DNA of 64,000 nt, taken from assembly GCA_040954595.2 (NCBI GenBank), contig CM082586.2, positions 4,533,125 to 4,597,124 on the forward strand, written 5' to 3'. The stretch's first letter is position 1. Each line of letters opens with the position of its first letter. Under the pieces are notes generated by a model that was given only the letters and a program-made list of their open reading frames with translations, was not told the origin of the DNA and searched no databases. Of this stretch, positions 41,602 to 55,000 are shown one piece after another. The DNA is from Balanoglossus misakiensis (lineage: Eukaryota; Animalia; Hemichordata). The position numbers and the translations under genes were made by a program.

Positions 41602-43624
41602 GGCAGGAGTTGATGTTAAGGCGAAGAAAGCAGCGATACGTCATATATACCGGGTGCCCGATGACGGTTCGGATAAACAAGAATTAATATTCCCAATTTG
41701 TTTCTTGGGGGAGAGAAAACTTAAAATCACTAACTCATTGGCCGATGGACGCTTTGTTCTCTAAACGCTGTGGTATACAAGAGAAGTCAATTAAGAAGAT
41801 CTAGCTCGAATCTTTACAGTTGGTAGATGTGTATTTTGCCTGGCAGATATCATCGACGAATCCCACAACACCGGTCATTAGTCTGCAGAGCTCCGGTGCG
41901 TGCTATTGGACAGTCTAGAGTTACTATGGCAACCGGTCCCTTCTACCTAGCCCCATTAAAGATTGGCAGTTTTGTTTCCTGGGCATGCACTTCACGTGAA
42001 GAAACTAAAATATTAGTACTGTTAGATCTGTCTTTTTTTTGGGGGGGGGGGTAGTCATTAAACAGAATTTCTGACACGCGGCAGGTCTTTATAATTAATT
42101 TCCATAGATACACGTGATTTTGTATATGTCATGTAGTGTGTAATTTTCTGATATTTGGAAATCGTTTGCGTTGATTCACAAGATTAGTCGAACGTCTACA
42201 CGCGGTATATAACGGCCCCATCAAGAATTTAAAACAAAACATTTGAACGTATTTTTTCAACAAAGGTGAGTCTGCATGCATCCCATGGCGACTGACTGTG
42301 ATGTCACGTGTTCAAGTAGAGTGCTCAGAAACCTGCGTACAATGACCTTTTGTGTCCGATGAGACCGACTCCGGCAGAAGTCAACTCTTCTAGTGCGAAT
42401 TGAGCACGACAGAAAATGGAACGATTAAATGTTGCATTGGGATTATAACTAGTAAAGGGGCGTCAACCTCTCCGTCAACTCTTGGGGGAGGGGGGGGATT
42501 GCTGATACAATGTATTTTGAAGACACCCTATTTTCTTTATCACAAAACACTAGGCTGCATGTCAAGAAAAAAAATGAAATTTTAAAAGCGATCTTTTTCT
42601 TCGTGAAGACTACTACCCCATCCCTCGATTCTACTTCGTGTCGAACTAGACGAAAAAGTGTACGCTTGCAATGCACATCACACTTCAATCACAATATTCG
42701 TTCCTCTTCTTCCTCACCTTTAACATTTCCCTATTAAATGGGCACATAAACATTTAGAGCGTCGTCACAAAACAATTAGGTTTCAGGCGACAGTCGCGGT
42801 GTGTGTACTCTAGTCCATTAGGCCTAAGCTATCAAATGAAACGCAGAATCTCAATAAGACAGGCACACTTAAGCGCGTTAATCAACACATCAAGCAAAAT
42901 GGATACTGGAAATAAAATGCAAATATCCTGTATTTGTTAATACAAATCTTACATTTGAACATGTTGTTATTTAACTTTGGGGAATGGCTTCTTCGTAAAA
43001 CAAAATTGGATGGCTTGCCTTGCAGACTCCCAAACGACGTGTGTTTGAACATCACGACCACCCTTCCCTGTGTGAAAGTGTGTCATATATATGGTTACCA
43101 AGGGGATCATTTGTGCCCGGATGCGTAGGGGTTTAATACCGTAAATGGGTTGCCTTTCCGGTGCATGTCACTCAGTGTAATTCACGTGCTGAAAGGGATT
43201 AGGTTGAACAAGTCGCTGACATTTATCCGTTGCTCTGACCTCCTGAGAAATCTAATCACGTGCTGAGCGAGAAGACTGAGTCTCTGTGATGGTGCGGCTA
43301 CTTTGAACATGATGAACAGCTCAAAGACCGTGAAAACAACTTATACAACTGGGTGGACCCTTCAGTATCCATGGGGGGGGGGGGGGGGGGGGAGGGAGCG
43401 AGAATCTGCTAGATTGTGAAAGACTGATTCGGTCAAATATGAATGGGTAACCACTAATAGACACTGGGGGGCGCTGATCAACATGATTCTCAGCAGTAAA
43501 GACACACGAATATATATGAAGGAAAAATACACGTATATATATATATTTATTTGGAGAATAAAATTACAGTCATTCAAATCTTCGCCCATACAGAATGCTC
43601 GTTCAGTCCTTAAGGGTACAGCTG

Positions 43625-44456
43625 TCATCTTCCACGCTGCCGTCTCTCTTTCTCATCTTTGTCTGCGATGGACGCATTCAGGGCAACCTTGGCTTCTTCA
43701 AACTTGGGATCCAGTCGAAGGGTTTGTTTGAAATCTTTCATGGCTTCATCGAATCGACCTGTCAATGGAGGGAGAAAAAATTGTGTGATTCCACTAATTT
43801 GTTTATTTTTTAAATAAGGGCAGGTAAATATGTAGGAAAGAAATACTTACTGAGTCTGTAGTGTACCTGTCCCCTATTGTAGAATGCTACCGTCAGATCA
43901 TTTTTGAGTCTGATGGCTTCTGTGTAGTCTTGAACAGCGAGGACAAATTCCACCTGAAGATACCTCACCTGGCCTCTGTTGTTGTAGGCTAAAGCTAGCT
44001 GGGATACCCTGGAATTAATTAAGATGAGACAATTCGAGCGATTTGACAGATTTGCATCTGGGTAGCAATGAAATTTTTTCCTTGTGTTTCAACATGGCGG
44101 TAGTCATGGAGATGGAAGATTTGTTGTTCTTTGCCAGTGGATCATGTGTACTTGTGCAAATGTTGCGCCATGCAGAAAATACTTCTTGGACAGTCTTAGT
44201 TTGACATGTGTGTAGATTACAATAATGTTCCTTTCATATCTGTTGCTACCTGTACATGTATTGATCGGAGTGTGTGTCGGTATGATACTCACAAATCTTT
44301 GTCGCGACCAGGGTGTTTTTCTCCCAACCCGGAAGCGGCCTGTTCGATCAATTTTGTGTACGCCTTTTCGGCTTCCAAGATCATTCCAGAGTCTGCTAAC
44401 TTATCTGCTGCCGACAGGAGGACTTCGAGAGTATCGCCGTTCTCGTCAGCGGCCAT
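43625..44456 (-). CDS. TTC32: Tetratricopeptide repeat protein 32, 3 exons (44456-44293, 44008-43851, ~43758-43625)
   Basis: Spliced product ...LEAEKAYTKLIEQ...[93 protein letters not shown], matching the TTC32 TPR pattern as recalled; missed by the ORF track. Confidence 0.88.
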
Positions 44457-47400
44457 AATGGCTCGTATGATTCGAAAACGGCTTCAGGTTTTAAAATTTG
44501 AGTGTGACGCCGGTTCTTAGCTAGGCCACCTGGCACTGCGTTGAGGGCGCAGGTCCTCAAGGGCACAGAGGTAAACGTGATAGCGTGATGGGCGTGATAC
44601 TTTTTGTTGGCGGCGCTATTCAATTGAGGATGACCATGTGCGTGCGACGAACCAAAGGAAGGATTGAAGTCCATTCTACCGGTATGTAAAAAGAAATTCT
44701 GATTCCATGACCACAGGTTCTCGTATTATTGATTGGAAGTATAGCTGTTCAAAGCGGCCGCTAGTCGGGTCGTAATGGTGGAGTAGAGCCGTATAGTATT
44801 CCTTTATTCCACCAGCTCCGTCGTCTGTGGGCTGCAAGTCGCTATGCGAGTATATTTTGTAGGCACGTGCATAGCGGATTGGAGCCCACAGCTTAGTAAA
44901 ATATCACGTCTAGGCCTACTGTGAGTGTAATTGATAGCCTGAGAAAGTCGACGTCGATTTTCCATTTTATGAACAATAAATTTACTATACGTCCAGACAC
45001 ACGCGACCGAATTGAGTTTTATGGTATCGTTAGAAAATAAATCTTTCCCTTTCCATTCATCTCGGATCACAATGGAATCATTATCGTGACACTTCGGATG
45101 AATACACGACTTGAAGGCCGAACATTGCACCTGTACAAAAGGTACACAAAAACAGTTCTCAGCTGTGTCGCGACAAAGCTATTGTCATTCTAATACCACC
45201 GTTGTAGAATTCGCAGCACGTGATGGCTGTGTCTTCAGGTCAGTTTGCAAGCGCAGTGCACGTCTATTCAGTTTTCACGCCGCGTTTGTCGTCAGTACAA
45301 TGACTCGGCTCCGTTTTACGTGATCCCCGCTAGCTTTGCAAAACACTGTCGTTACCGCCCAAGAATAAATATGGTACTTGTAGTGTCCATAAAATACCCT
45401 TTTACTGGTTTTGTGTCAAGTTCTGTTATTCAACAAAGACCCAAGACGAGTGTTGACTGTGGCATAGGCTATTTTAACACCTTGATATCAAAGCCCCAAT
45501 ATCTGCTACGATTTTAGTATTATTTCCGTGATTTTATTTCCAAAATAAGAAAGTTCGCTTAACAAGAAATGTAATCGGTAGATATCAACGTGTCTCTAAA
45601 GTAGGTGACTGGGTGTTAAGTTTCTGTGTATATATAGCTCAAATTGGACTCCGCAATATGATTCGATTTGCGCATAAAAGGATAAATGGAGTTATATTGT
45701 AAACCAACACTGCTACCAAGCAACGGTTAAAACACTTTCCTTGGATAAATACATATTAATCGATGCTGGTTCAATGAATGGGCCTAGAATTCAAATAAAA
45801 CACCGCGCACAGAATTCGTTTGTTCATACAGTATAGACGCATCGATAAATAATGATAAATTGGGAATAATCTAATTCTGTCAGTGTCGGTGTTTGTATTT
45901 AAAATGTGGAAAGTGCATCCGTTTTATTGTACCGCGCTTTCGTAAAAACGTGGGATGACGTTGAGAAGTGGTTTCCAAGCACAGCCAGATATATTTTGAT
46001 ACGGCTTTAGTCAGATATTCTCTCTAATGTAGGGTCGTTAAAACAAATTTAGCAGAGGCATGAATAGGGCACACGTTAATGAGCAAGTATAGGGCCTCAC
46101 GCTAAAATCCTTACAGTATAACAAACCATGCCATGAAATATTTACTGATGTGTCTTGTGTAATTTACATAAGCTTGCGCCATGATGATTAATTAATTAAA
46201 AACAAGCACAAGCTAATTAATATTGAAATAAATAATCGCGTCTCCATAGACGCGTAGTTACGCAGAAAACAAACCAAGAAAAATACAATTCGTTACTTGT
46301 TTTCTTGTTTGTCGGTGCATTTTTGTGTAACAACGATAGACGGACGATGAAGAAATATGGTGAAATTGGGAATAGCCAATCGGTAATTTTGTCACACACT
46401 ATAATTTATCTTAGATGGCATTTAAATCGAATTAAAAACCGGTGTCTAGGTTACACTCGAAAGATCACGTTTTGGTAGACACGAAGTATTCATACATTAA
46501 TGAAAAATTCTAACAAGGATGTACAATCAATCAATGAATCTAGTCAACATTCATCTTATTGGGATATTGGGTCGACGTTATTATTAAAGCCATTGAAATC
46601 GAGTTGATATATTTATTGAAGAAATTGACTCATTCTCGCGTCCCCCCCCCCCGAAAGACACGAGCCTGTATCGCCGCTGTTTGGTTGTTTGTTAATAAAT
46701 TATCGCCGTATGGAGACACAAAATACAAGCGCACACAGGAGGGGTTGTGACGCTATTTGTAAGAGCATGTTACAGTGATCATAGTAACAAACCCGACGGC
46801 GTCTATTGTCTATCCATTTATATACGGCCAACAGTAGAGTGGAGTGTCTTACACGCTGTTAGATTGTTCGCGGATTTGGTTACTTCCAAAGTCGGCATAC
46901 CGGACTTCAAGTATGCGGTAGCCGGCTGTCAGTGTTCGTGGTCTGCCCTACAGGTCTGCAAATATTCGTCGTTCGTCATTTTAAGTTGAACCGAGGGCGA
47001 GGGTGTTTTTTGTCTGTGCGTGTGTGCGAATCATTCGCTCGGATCTACAGCGGCGCACACCGTGCACCATGTCTTTCTCATACTACGAGAAAAGGTAGGT
47101 AAAACCATCCAACCCGAACGGCAATATTTATATGCGGTTTTTCCCGTATTTGAAACAAGCTCCTTGTGCCAATGATATCGTACTACAAGACTCTCAACAT
47201 ATTTCGCTTTCAACAAACTACACACATTATCTAATTTCGTTCCTTAGGAATTTAGAGTACGTGCTTGGGTGAGCCAAGACGTTTTTTTCAGTTTTTGTCA
47301 TTCCAAGACACGATGACGCAGCGGGTTCAGGAAGATCTCGAGCTCCTTGTCGCAAACCCACCGCTAACCGGCCTATCCATTTCTTCCAGGTTTTGGTGTC

Positions 47401-48189
47401 AGATCCAACATATCTGACAGTGTCGTTTACGTGTAACTATGACAACCCCAATTCACAAATCGGCGCTGCGTCTAAATTGATGACACGATTGTCTAAATGC
47501 GTTTTTACAGGGCCGTTCTAAGTTGACATTTTTTTTCAGCGCCAACACAATAGATGTGCTCCGCAATGTTTGATGTAATAGACACTACCTGTGCCGCTGG
47601 GCTGAGTTGACTACAAAGCAGTTTCTCATTAGCTTTTGTGAAGGACTGTTATCCCAGAAAGTGGCCAGTCGCAGGATATTGACGCACGCCAAATGAAAAA
47701 CAACAACAGTAGAACACATCAAGTTCGGACCGTGTCTGTAAATGAAATCGTTGGTGGAGGTTTAACCATATATTATTAACAATGCTTGTCTTTACTTTGA
47801 ATGAACAAAAACAAATATCGACAAACCTGGTTATCACTCCCCCATTCTTTAACACACTCCCACCCAAGTATTGATTATTCAGTATTTTTACCATCCCGCA
47901 GAGTTGCCGTTGATTCAACAGGTAGCGCTGTTAACGTTATTGCGACGGAAAGAAATCTAATTGTTGCCATAGTAATACAATTTTATGCGCACTAAGTCCG
48001 CGCGTCCCTATCACGCCCCCTTTCACCTGCAGTTCGCAGTCTGAAATTTGTCGCCATGGTAATGCGGAGCGGTGTTGGAGAAATGTCTGTGAAGACGATA
48101 TCACGCGGCCTGCGTGACAGGTTAATCGATGTCGGTTCATCTAGCTCAGGAATTAAGATATTTGTCGGCTCGGATTTCACACCACAGTT

Positions 48190-48513
48190 ATATAATTAAG
48201 CAATAAAACACCCCCAGCCATGGTATACCACGAGATTTTGACCAGTTCACGACATATACGCACGAGCGATAGCGAGTGCGTATATGGAGTTGAACTGGTC
48301 AAAATCGAGTGATATACCATGGCTGGGGGTGTTTTATTGCTATTATATTATGCCAGTATATTGAAACTTTGCATAAAACATTTTAAAAAGGCATTTTCTT
48401 TGACTATGATATATGACTGTGGTATATGGCTAATATATCACGGTCACGTGTCGTGTCTCGACCAATCAAATAGCGTGATTTACACCATCAATATACTGGT
48501 ATAATATAATTAA
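48190..48513. mobile_element. Double-hairpin non-autonomous element bounded by a 10-bp direct repeat
   Basis: 29-bp perfect inverted arms 48199-48227/48313-48341 with nested inner stems; second 23-bp inverted pair 48342-48364/48488-48510; ATATAATTAA at 48190-48199 and 48504-48513. Confidence 0.7.
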
Positions 48514-51179
48514 TGATAGAGACCTATTGACATGTCTCTGTATGAGAATAAATTGGATTGCGGCATCAGTGGCTTTTTGGTAGCGGTGTCTTCAAGAAGA
48601 TATGCTTCTCCGTGAAAACAGTGAAAATTCAATGGTTGCTAAGTAGACAGCGCGCACATCGCAACGTAGGCTTATTACGAAACACCATACTTGTCAAAAC
48701 ATTACGTTGGCAGAGAAATGATCACTAAACAATGATCTGATTATGTACAACAGCGATAACCTTATTCATATCTTTTACTAGTAGTTCAGGAATGTTTCGA
48801 TCGATTGCGTGCATGTGTATCAGTTTATCTATCAATAGTGTAATATAGGATATAATATAGACGGAACTGGTCCGTTAAATTTAAAGTTAGTTATTAATTA
48901 ATTGACACACGCTACCTTTAATCGGGCGACGTACAGTGTCAAGCATTATTCGTTGCAACACACAACATCAGTAGTAATCCCATCAAAACGATCAGTATTC
49001 ACGTAACGTGCGTTACGTCTCGCCCTGGCGTCTGGCATTTTATTGCAAAGAGACACCTACGCGCCCACGTGCGTCGACGACGAAATTGCCTCGAATAATA
49101 TCAATCAAGCGTCTCCATAGCAACGTCTCGGGGAGAGAAAAGGGGCGCAAGTCATTATATCTGAAATTGAATCCAGGCGAAGTGATTATGTAGGGATGCC
49201 AGCACCGGGTTTTCAGAGTTAATGGGCTCTGTTGCTTGGGGATTTGGTCACGCTGTCAAAACAAGCTCGATTCTAACATTTCTGGTTCATAATTTTCGGT
49301 AGAAGCACACAGATTTATGATGAAGTTCCTTTTAACCCCGAACCTTTCTAAGAGCATTAAAGTGTCTCACTTCCTAACGCTCTTTGACTCGTGTCAAAAC
49401 TTGCCCCAATGCATTTTGTGAGAGCACAACGAAATAAAAGGCTAATACGTACATTCATCCATTTATTTTCATCGTCCATTAATTTCTCTATTTTCAGACG
49501 CCGGAAGTGCGTCCGTCTGTACAAATTGACTACAGCATGTCAGTATGACGCGTAAATTGATCTATACATATATCACGTGAGTGATTTTTTGGAATGTCAA
49601 AGAAGTTAATTTACTATTGTATTAAAGCCGGGTTTAATCTAATCAACATTAGCCTCAGGCTGAAATATATTAACTACAGTACTAATGTGAAACATGACTA
49701 TAAAAAGACAAAGGAAGAAAAACTTAACTCCAAACTATAGAATTACACTTTTTTTTTTCACTCAAAAAACGGTAGCTCTTTTCGGGTGCCAGTCAATTGG
49801 TTGCGAGCCTGGGTTATGAGTCTGGCAAAGTGCCCTCAACCGCCGAAGTTATTAGTGCGTTTTGCAAGTTGGTAATCACGCCCTCTACACTTGGTTGCTC
49901 GAATTCTGCAGTTGGAAATAAATTGCTTCGCAAGTACAGTACATACGTCTTATGTATAGGTGAAAAGTTCAATCGAGAATAAATGGGACTCGTCTGTGCA
50001 ATGCGTCATCACCTTTTCTTGCAAAGTAGCTTTACTGCGATAATTGGATTTTCTGAAAAACCTACCGGAAGACATGAAACCAGTACATCGATATACTTCA
50101 CAAAGGACAGCGTGAAGTATGTCTATTGAAATATATTTCCATTTCCCCAGTTCACATACCGTTACTTGTTAGTATGCAGTGTCGATCATTAGCAAAACAA
50201 AAAGAAAACAGTTATTCTTTATTGCGTTATTGTGTCGCGTGATATGCTTGGCACATTTCATAGGAACCGTGTTTTCCTTTCATAAATTATTAATTAGCAT
50301 GCAAGAATTTAATTTTCAAATTACAATAACAGTTCGGTGTATCGTTTAATACGGCGCGGTAAGCGGTACGATAGACATTTGACTGGGAAGAATAGTGCGG
50401 AGTATAGAGCATGAACAAGAGGTAAGCGCCAACATTATTTTGGTAGACGACTCCTGGTCAAGTAATATGTACCCACAATGGTAAATTTAATATTTCCTTC
50501 GTTTTAGTCAGCACTTGAAGATTGTTTTTACATAAATGGTACTGAACCATATGAGTTTTGAGATCGTGATGGCGATATTACTGTCCACCGCTCCTGTTTT
50601 TAGTTTTGTTAGTATCTTGCGGTCTGGATTTTATGGTGGATTTCCGTATATAGGGTATACGTAATTGAAAAAAAAAAGAATATTAATCAACATATGACAA
50701 GAAAATAAAAACACATATGAGCGCATGTGTGGACATAGTGTTTTATAAGTTTTCGCCGAACACTTGCATTTACCGAACCCTTATTATCCATAGCTCTGAT
50801 ATCGGCTTGGGAGAGGGGGGATCAGTGTCATGGTGGTAAAAGTCCACGGGGGTGTCCGTCCTGATACCGAACAGGACGACAACCACCTGTTGATTTCCAT
50901 CAACACACGGATCCGATTGTCCCCCCATGATTGTTCCACCAAAAACTGATCTACTTATATGCTGTATAAAACAAACCATGGAACGCCACGACCAAGTTTG
51001 CAAAGCGCGATTGCGATGTAGTTTTAATTTCCGTAATTTTTTTCAGACAAGTTGTTCTTCAAAGTTCAAGACATGGCTTTCCATTTCTCCGCAGGGGTTT
51101 AGGCGAAACGTCTTTCCGGGATTCACAACATTTAAATTGTTATCAGAGATACTTGGAGTGAACGTATAATAGCATAATA

Positions 51180-51300
51180 TGTACGTGGTCAAAGTTCATT
51201 TCAGTAAAGAATGCGGATACGCCCATATCAGGGCATCCGCACAGCAATGAGACTGCGAACGCGCCTGCGCGGCAGAGTGTTTTGTTCCCTTAGTAACGTG
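51180..51300 (+). promoter_or_regulatory. Putative C2orf50/CIMIP5 upstream regulatory region
   Basis: DR1 TGGTCA-A-AGTTCA 51186-51198, NRF1-like GCGCCTGCGC ~51261-51270, X-box GTTCCCTTAGTAAC 51284-51297. Confidence 0.45.
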
Positions 51301-52093
51301 GAACAACAACTCAATTAACATATTATGCTAAGCACGTTCCACGCAATCATTCTTTGATCACGGCGAAGCCCGATAAGTGCCTGAAAGGGCAAACTACCGT
51401 TTTATTTGGAGTCAGGTGCTTCGGTTGCAGGGCAAACTGTAGGCAGCCGTGTTATTGGCCAGCACGGGCGTTACGCGCACAGCGACTAAAACTGGCGAGA
51501 AAAATTGACCGTGTGATCGTGTACCTGCCGTGTCCGTTCCAGGGAAATCGAGTAGAGGATATAGTCGGTGCTTCAGAGTGACAACTGGTCGATATCCTGC
51601 GTTTAATACAGAGACCACACGACCCTACGTCTACGACACAGCTGTGACTGTACAGATAACCTAGTCAACGATCCGCCGCGCCGCGACTATAGGTGTTAGA
51701 TACCTCCCCGTTCCCAGCTTTAAACATTCCGCGTACCAGAGAACAATTCATTTCCAAGCCGGATCCAGGACTTCGGCTTTGCCCTGCTCGATTTAACTGC
51801 GGATATAACGCTTGAGTTGACCGTGTATCGCACCTGCTGGCGGTGGACTTATATCTCAGCGCCAGCGCTCATGAGCTAACACTTTTTCTAAACTCTCAGG
51901 TACAATCTGCCGTTGACACGATAACTAACCGTGGTATTGGGTTTCTAAGTCCCACCCAGAAGGTCGGCGCTACAGTAAACACATTGCTTTTCAGCGCATA
52001 AAGCTACCAGTATTCGGACCAAACACCTTAGGACAAGACTTATAATCAAAACCACACCGCACACACACACTGAACGTTTCAACAAGTCTAGCC

Positions 52094-55000
52094 ATGGAGA
52101 ATAGTGTATCGATGACTAACCGAACCACTTCTGCTGGTTACCGTTTCCCCATTGCTCCTCGACCGAAAAGCGCCTACCACACGACGTGCGTCCCGGCCGA
52201 GAAGAAGCAGTCGGTGGTAGCCGCCGCCCAGCCGGCGAAGAACTACACCCAGCAGGACTTCGCCAAGTGCGACTCGGTGACACAGGATAAAATATGGAAG
52301 CAGATGGTAGGAAACGAGAAGACCTGCATAAGAAAATGGTGAGTCGATCAATTGAATTGTAAGCCTATACCCCTTCACCTCCATGGCTTGGTCCAACTCC
52401 ACTATTCTAAACGGCAGTGTTGGACCTTTGTACAGGGAAATGGGGGTGGAAGGTTTAAATCCACCACGGGCCCATCATATAAGGCTTTTAGCCGGCTTTT
52501 TTGTTTCTAATAGAGAAGCAAGCTGCACCGTTGCATAAACAGTCTTCCATGCTCCAACCAAGCGTTCCAGAACACAGCAGATCAACCCACTGGTGGGCCC
52601 CTGTAGACATCTATACAAGTTGAACGCCGTTAGATTTATCGCGCTACAAAATATACAATAGCGAGTGTGGACAATCCACGGTAGTATATAAAACTAATGT
52701 AAAGTATACGGGTTGCCGATTAACCATTTATAACGACTGACGGTGGCCTTGCATTCAAGTAGAGCCGTCATTGAAAGTGGACGCGTTTATTTTCACGTAA
52801 ATATTCCCCCACTTTTAAAATTGTCGTTGGAAAAGAATAGGTTTCGATTTCTCTATTCGTTTGTGATTAAAGCTTCAGTAAACATGAAATGGAGTAATTT
52901 GTTTACGATCAGCCATAACATCGATCGAAATCAGTATGTAAACGCTGTATTTTATGCCAATATCACCGAAACAGAGGACAAATAGCCCCCTGTATGTGCT
53001 CATAGCAATGGCGGTGTGGAGATTCTCTGTCTTCCGCCTGAAATGGCAAACGCGGTCGCGTTAGGCCGGCCAATTTTGGCCTGCCACAAATGTCATGCAC
53101 TGGTCAAAATATTCTGTTGTTCTCGGACGTGTTGAAACAGGATATTTCGGTAAAATGATAGATACCCGAGTATCTATGATTCGAAGCGCAGATATATGAG
53201 TAACCCCATCGATCATTGCCTAGCACGGAGATTTATTCACATACATGTAGAAGGACCCCTGTGTGTGCATATTTTACTGGTCCGCATATTTTACTCACCA
53301 GGGAGCTACTAGTAATTTAAAAAAAAAACGATCATCCAAATCTCCCTAGGAATCTCCATCGCATAAGTAAATCTATTAAAACTAGAAAACTGACGTACTA
53401 ATGTGGCAAAATTCCATCTGATCCCATAAAGAAACGCTAATTTAGATTAGGCAGTGCTCGCAGTTAAACAGATTGTATTTGCATATCTGAGTGTTCTAAA
53501 GTCTGATCTCGCGGGTTGATGTAATCGATACTCTGATAAGAACAGAAATCATTCAAATAACTGTCGAAGCCTTTATTTTTCTCGGGCTCAAGGCTACTCG
53601 TCATTACTCAGAACGGCATAGCCGCAAATACAGTAGGATCCCGGGACGAATAAATCCCACCGATTTGAAACCTCCAAACAATGCACAGTACCCTCCGCTA
53701 TTGTGGTCGACTGTCATTGCCGAAATAATAAGATCAGCGCCAGATAAAGGCCTCAAGACCGGGTTATTGCCCTATCGCCACCGTTGCCATGGTTACGCAT
53801 TGTTGGGATCCACCTTGAGCGTTTTGTTTGGACAACACGAAGCTTTGAAGCATTGCTTGTCTTTACTCTTCACAAAGCAAGGACAGAGACAAGCGCAACG
53901 GCTCAATTGAAATCGAGTGAGGGTGTGTGTGGGGCGTGAGATGCATGGTCGTACACACTGTGAAACGTATTCCCGAAAGTATATAAGCTTAGAAACACAT
54001 TGTCAGCGGGACTGCGCAACTATACGAATATTAAAAATGTACAGAAGTAATGCACATGTACAAAGAAGTAGAATTGGAAATATGAACAGTACAACGAACA
54101 AATACGTTACTACAAACATAATAGGCCGTTTTCATACTTTGGCTTAGCGATTTCACATATAGGAGAAACTGGACCGTCTTTGGATTTATCGACTGACTGG
54201 TACGGGGATAATTTGTTTGTATATAAACGAAAGGTTGCCGTTTGCTTCAGTCTAGTCTCAATCACAAAACATCGATCACTCAAGCCAATTATGTCACAAA
54301 TAAAGCCTTCCTTTCAAAAGCGCGGGTCAAAACAGTCAACCCAGTTATTGACAGAGGCAAAGGTGCTTTTCACGACCGGGCTTGCTCAAGCCACAAAAGC
54401 ACGCCCCGTCGTCAGGCAGACAATGGAAGTGGGCAGAAATCTGACCAGGCAGTGGATTGCTAAAAAACATGACACCGAATTCCTACACTGTTTGGGGCAC
54501 TTGAGACAAAGAGCGCTTGACAACAGCCCGTATTGCTAACACTGGTAATAGGATTGGAACAATATCCCCTCCATATCCACCACACACACACACAAACTGA
54601 CTGACATTGCGATGCAATCGGAATAAAACATCAGCTATGAGAGATAAGAGTCGTTTTTATCTTCACTTCCGGGTCCGACAGTGCTGCTATCATTCAGCAT
54701 GTGCAGATTTCTACAGCTTATTTTAATAAGATTAACCGCGTGTTTTAAAGAAATATATGTCATATTTAGAACATTTCTGATAAGCTGACCCATTTCGTGC
54801 TGTTTTTACTAATCGAATATGTTTTATCTTAAATTGGATCTATTTCAGGGATGAAAATTGGGGATTTTTAAAAGATTACGACCAAAAGGTATGTCTGGAT
54901 TATTTCTCAGCAACATACTGTACGCCGTGGCATAGCGTTGGTTGCCAGTTTGCAATTGCTTACTGTTGCTAGTACTTTCCGCCATCTCCTCAACCGATTG

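Noticed and set aside
43373-43392. 20-nt poly-G run (G-quadruplex potential); also poly-A at 34560-34578
   Set aside because: Simple homopolymers with no supporting context; length is unreliable in assemblies
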